This document shows positions 62,548-64,000 of a stretch of 64,000 nt of DNA, in pieces. A model generated the notes under the pieces. It was not told the origin of the DNA. It did not search any database and was given only the letters and a program-made list of their open reading frames with translations. Position 1 is the stretch's first letter; the number at the start of each line of letters is the position of its first letter. Both the position numbers and the translations under genes were made by a program. Source of the stretch: Meyerozyma guilliermondii (lineage: Eukaryota); NCBI GenBank assembly GCA_051546255.1, contig CP128817.1, positions 620,001-684,000 on the forward strand, given 5' to 3'.

Positions 62548-63654
62548 ATGGTTACTTACCAACGATTTTCATGTTTTCGAAGAGCATTGTCTAGTTCAGT
62601 AGCGAGCGACGTGACGGTTCCGCCCAACTCTACAGTATTTTCACTCATCCAGCCTACAGGCCGAATCCATTTGGGTAATTACTTGGGTGCTATCAAAAAC
62701 TGGAAAACTCTCACCAACTCACCTTCGTCAAATTCTCGATATATTTTCGGTGTGGCCGATCTTCATGCTTTAACTGGTCTCAAGGACGCCAAGCTACTCC
62801 GCCAGTACAGATATGAGGCAATTGCAAGCATAATGGCCGGAGGACTCGACCCTGAAAAATGCATCTTGTATCACCAGTCATCGGTCAAACAACATACCGA
62901 GCTTGCGTGGATCCTTATGTGCCAAGCGAGTATAGGTGGACTTCATCGTATGACTCAGTGGAAACTGAAAGCTCAAAGTCAGGCCGGGAGTCTGGTTTTT
63001 GACGATAAAGTGGTGACCAACTCCAGTGCTGGATTTTTCACTTATCCGGTACTTCAAGCCGCCGACATTCTTCTCTACAAATCCACCCATGTACCTGTTG
63101 GAGAGGACCAGACACAGCATCTTGAATTGTGTCGTAACTTGGCTGGCTCGTTTAACCATTCGTTTAAAAGTGACGTCTTTCCAATGCCACAAACGCTAGT
63201 CACCCCCACAAAAAAAGTCCTCTCGCTTCGGGACCCGCTGAAAAAAATGTCCAAGTCCGACGCTGACCAACATTCATGCGTGTATGTCACCGATGAACCC
63301 GATATCATTGCCAAAAAAATCCGTAGAGCTGCCACAGACTCGATTCAAGGTATCAGTTTTGATCCTGTAAACAGGCCTGGAGTATCCAACTTGATTACGG
63401 TGGTTTCTGGACTTTTGAACAAGTCTATTGAAGATACGCTAAAAGCAATGAGTTCCGTCAAAGATCACAAACAATTGAAGGATTTTGTTACAGAGGTGAT
63501 AGTAGAGGAGTTTAGTGAGAAGAGAAGACTATACGATGAGCTCATGAAAAATCGCGACCATTTGGAAAAAGTGTGCAAGAATGGCACCAATAGAGCAAAC
63601 GAAATAGCCGAGCGGAACATGAAGGAGATTCGAAGGTGCGTGGGGTTGGATTAA
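62548..63654 (+). CDS. MSW1: Mitochondrial tryptophanyl-tRNA synthetase
   Basis: Presequence; QPTG.IHLGNY, YPVLQAADILLY, PVGEDQ, KMSKS. Confidence 0.95.
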   Translation: MVTYQRFSCFRRALSSSVASDVTVPPNSTVFSLIQPTGRIHLGNYLGAIKNWKTLTNSPSSNSRYIFGVADLHALTGLKDAKLLRQYRYEAIASIMAGGLDPEKCILYHQSSVKQHTELAWILMCQASIGGLHRMTQWKLKAQSQAGSLVFDDKVVTNSSAGFFTYPVLQAADILLYKSTHVPVGEDQTQHLELCRNLAGSFNHSFKSDVFPMPQTLVTPTKKVLSLRDPLKKMSKSDADQHSCVYVTDEPDIIAKKIRRAATDSIQGISFDPVNRPGVSNLITVVSGLLNKSIEDTLKAMSSVKDHKQLKDFVTEVIVEEFSEKRRLYDELMKNRDHLEKVCKNGTNRANEIAERNMKEIRRCVGLD

Positions 63655-63692
63655 AAATGGAGATTATACGATGAAGATGGGTGAAATGAAAA

Positions 63693-63728
63693 GATGAAAG
63701 GATGAAAGGATGAAAGGATGAAAGGATG
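63693..63728. repeat. (GATGAAAG)4.5 perfect tandem repeat
   Basis: Read directly from the sequence. Confidence 0.9.
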
Positions 63729-63895
63729 TCCATCGGTTGGTGATTGTCACAGAGATGATCAGTGTCAAGTCACTTACCTTGCCTATCGTAATTAGAATCA
63801 CTGTAAATAAATATGACTGTAAATAGATAATTTACGCACTGGTAAGTTATGTCATGTTTCATTTCCCCCATCGATGACTAAGCAGCGGCAAACAA

Positions 63896-63903
63896 TATAT
63901 AAA
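63896..63903 (+). promoter_or_regulatory. TATA box of a gene beyond the window end
   Basis: TATATAAA followed by a C-rich leader-like sequence. Confidence 0.5.
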
Positions 63904-64000
63904 GCCAGCGCCGTCTCCCCCATTTCCATTTCTCCCGCGAATTTCCCGTGAATTCCGCCCCCAACCACTCCCGCAATCTCGCAGCCATCCTGATTCCCAC

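Noticed and set aside
1..64000. Metabolic gene cluster or transposon
   Set aside because: Neighbouring genes are functionally unrelated housekeeping genes; no RT, integrase or transposase motifs or LTR pairs seen

Overview
This is a gene-dense eukaryotic chromosome segment from a CUG-Ser (CTG-clade) budding yeast. The compact layout and frequent CTG use suggest a Meyerozyma/Debaryomycetaceae-type genome; the species call is inference only. I count about 44 protein-coding genes, mostly conserved housekeeping ones such as SEC39, PIF1, NTE1, STH1, CCP1, RPL9, MTR10, CCC2, TRR1, HIR2 and MSW1. Four short spliceosomal introns can be reconstructed from sequence, in PHA2, HRT1, BCH1/BUD7 and RCF1. 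I found no tRNA, rRNA, CRISPR array or transposon, and no clear multi-gene novel system. The best leads are: (1) a mitochondrially targeted DEAD-box-like protein with a degenerate catalytic motif; (2) an AGX1 whose upstream in-frame ATG adds a consensus PTS2; (3) a structured element just 3' of RPL9, reminiscent of S. cerevisiae RPL9B autoregulation; (4) an apparently full-length METTL16, while none of the four local introns has +4A; (5) a small Kex2-site secreted OP4-like repeat protein; and (6) extreme gene compaction with short stuttering intergenic repeats. Gene names come from recalled motif similarity, not from a database search.
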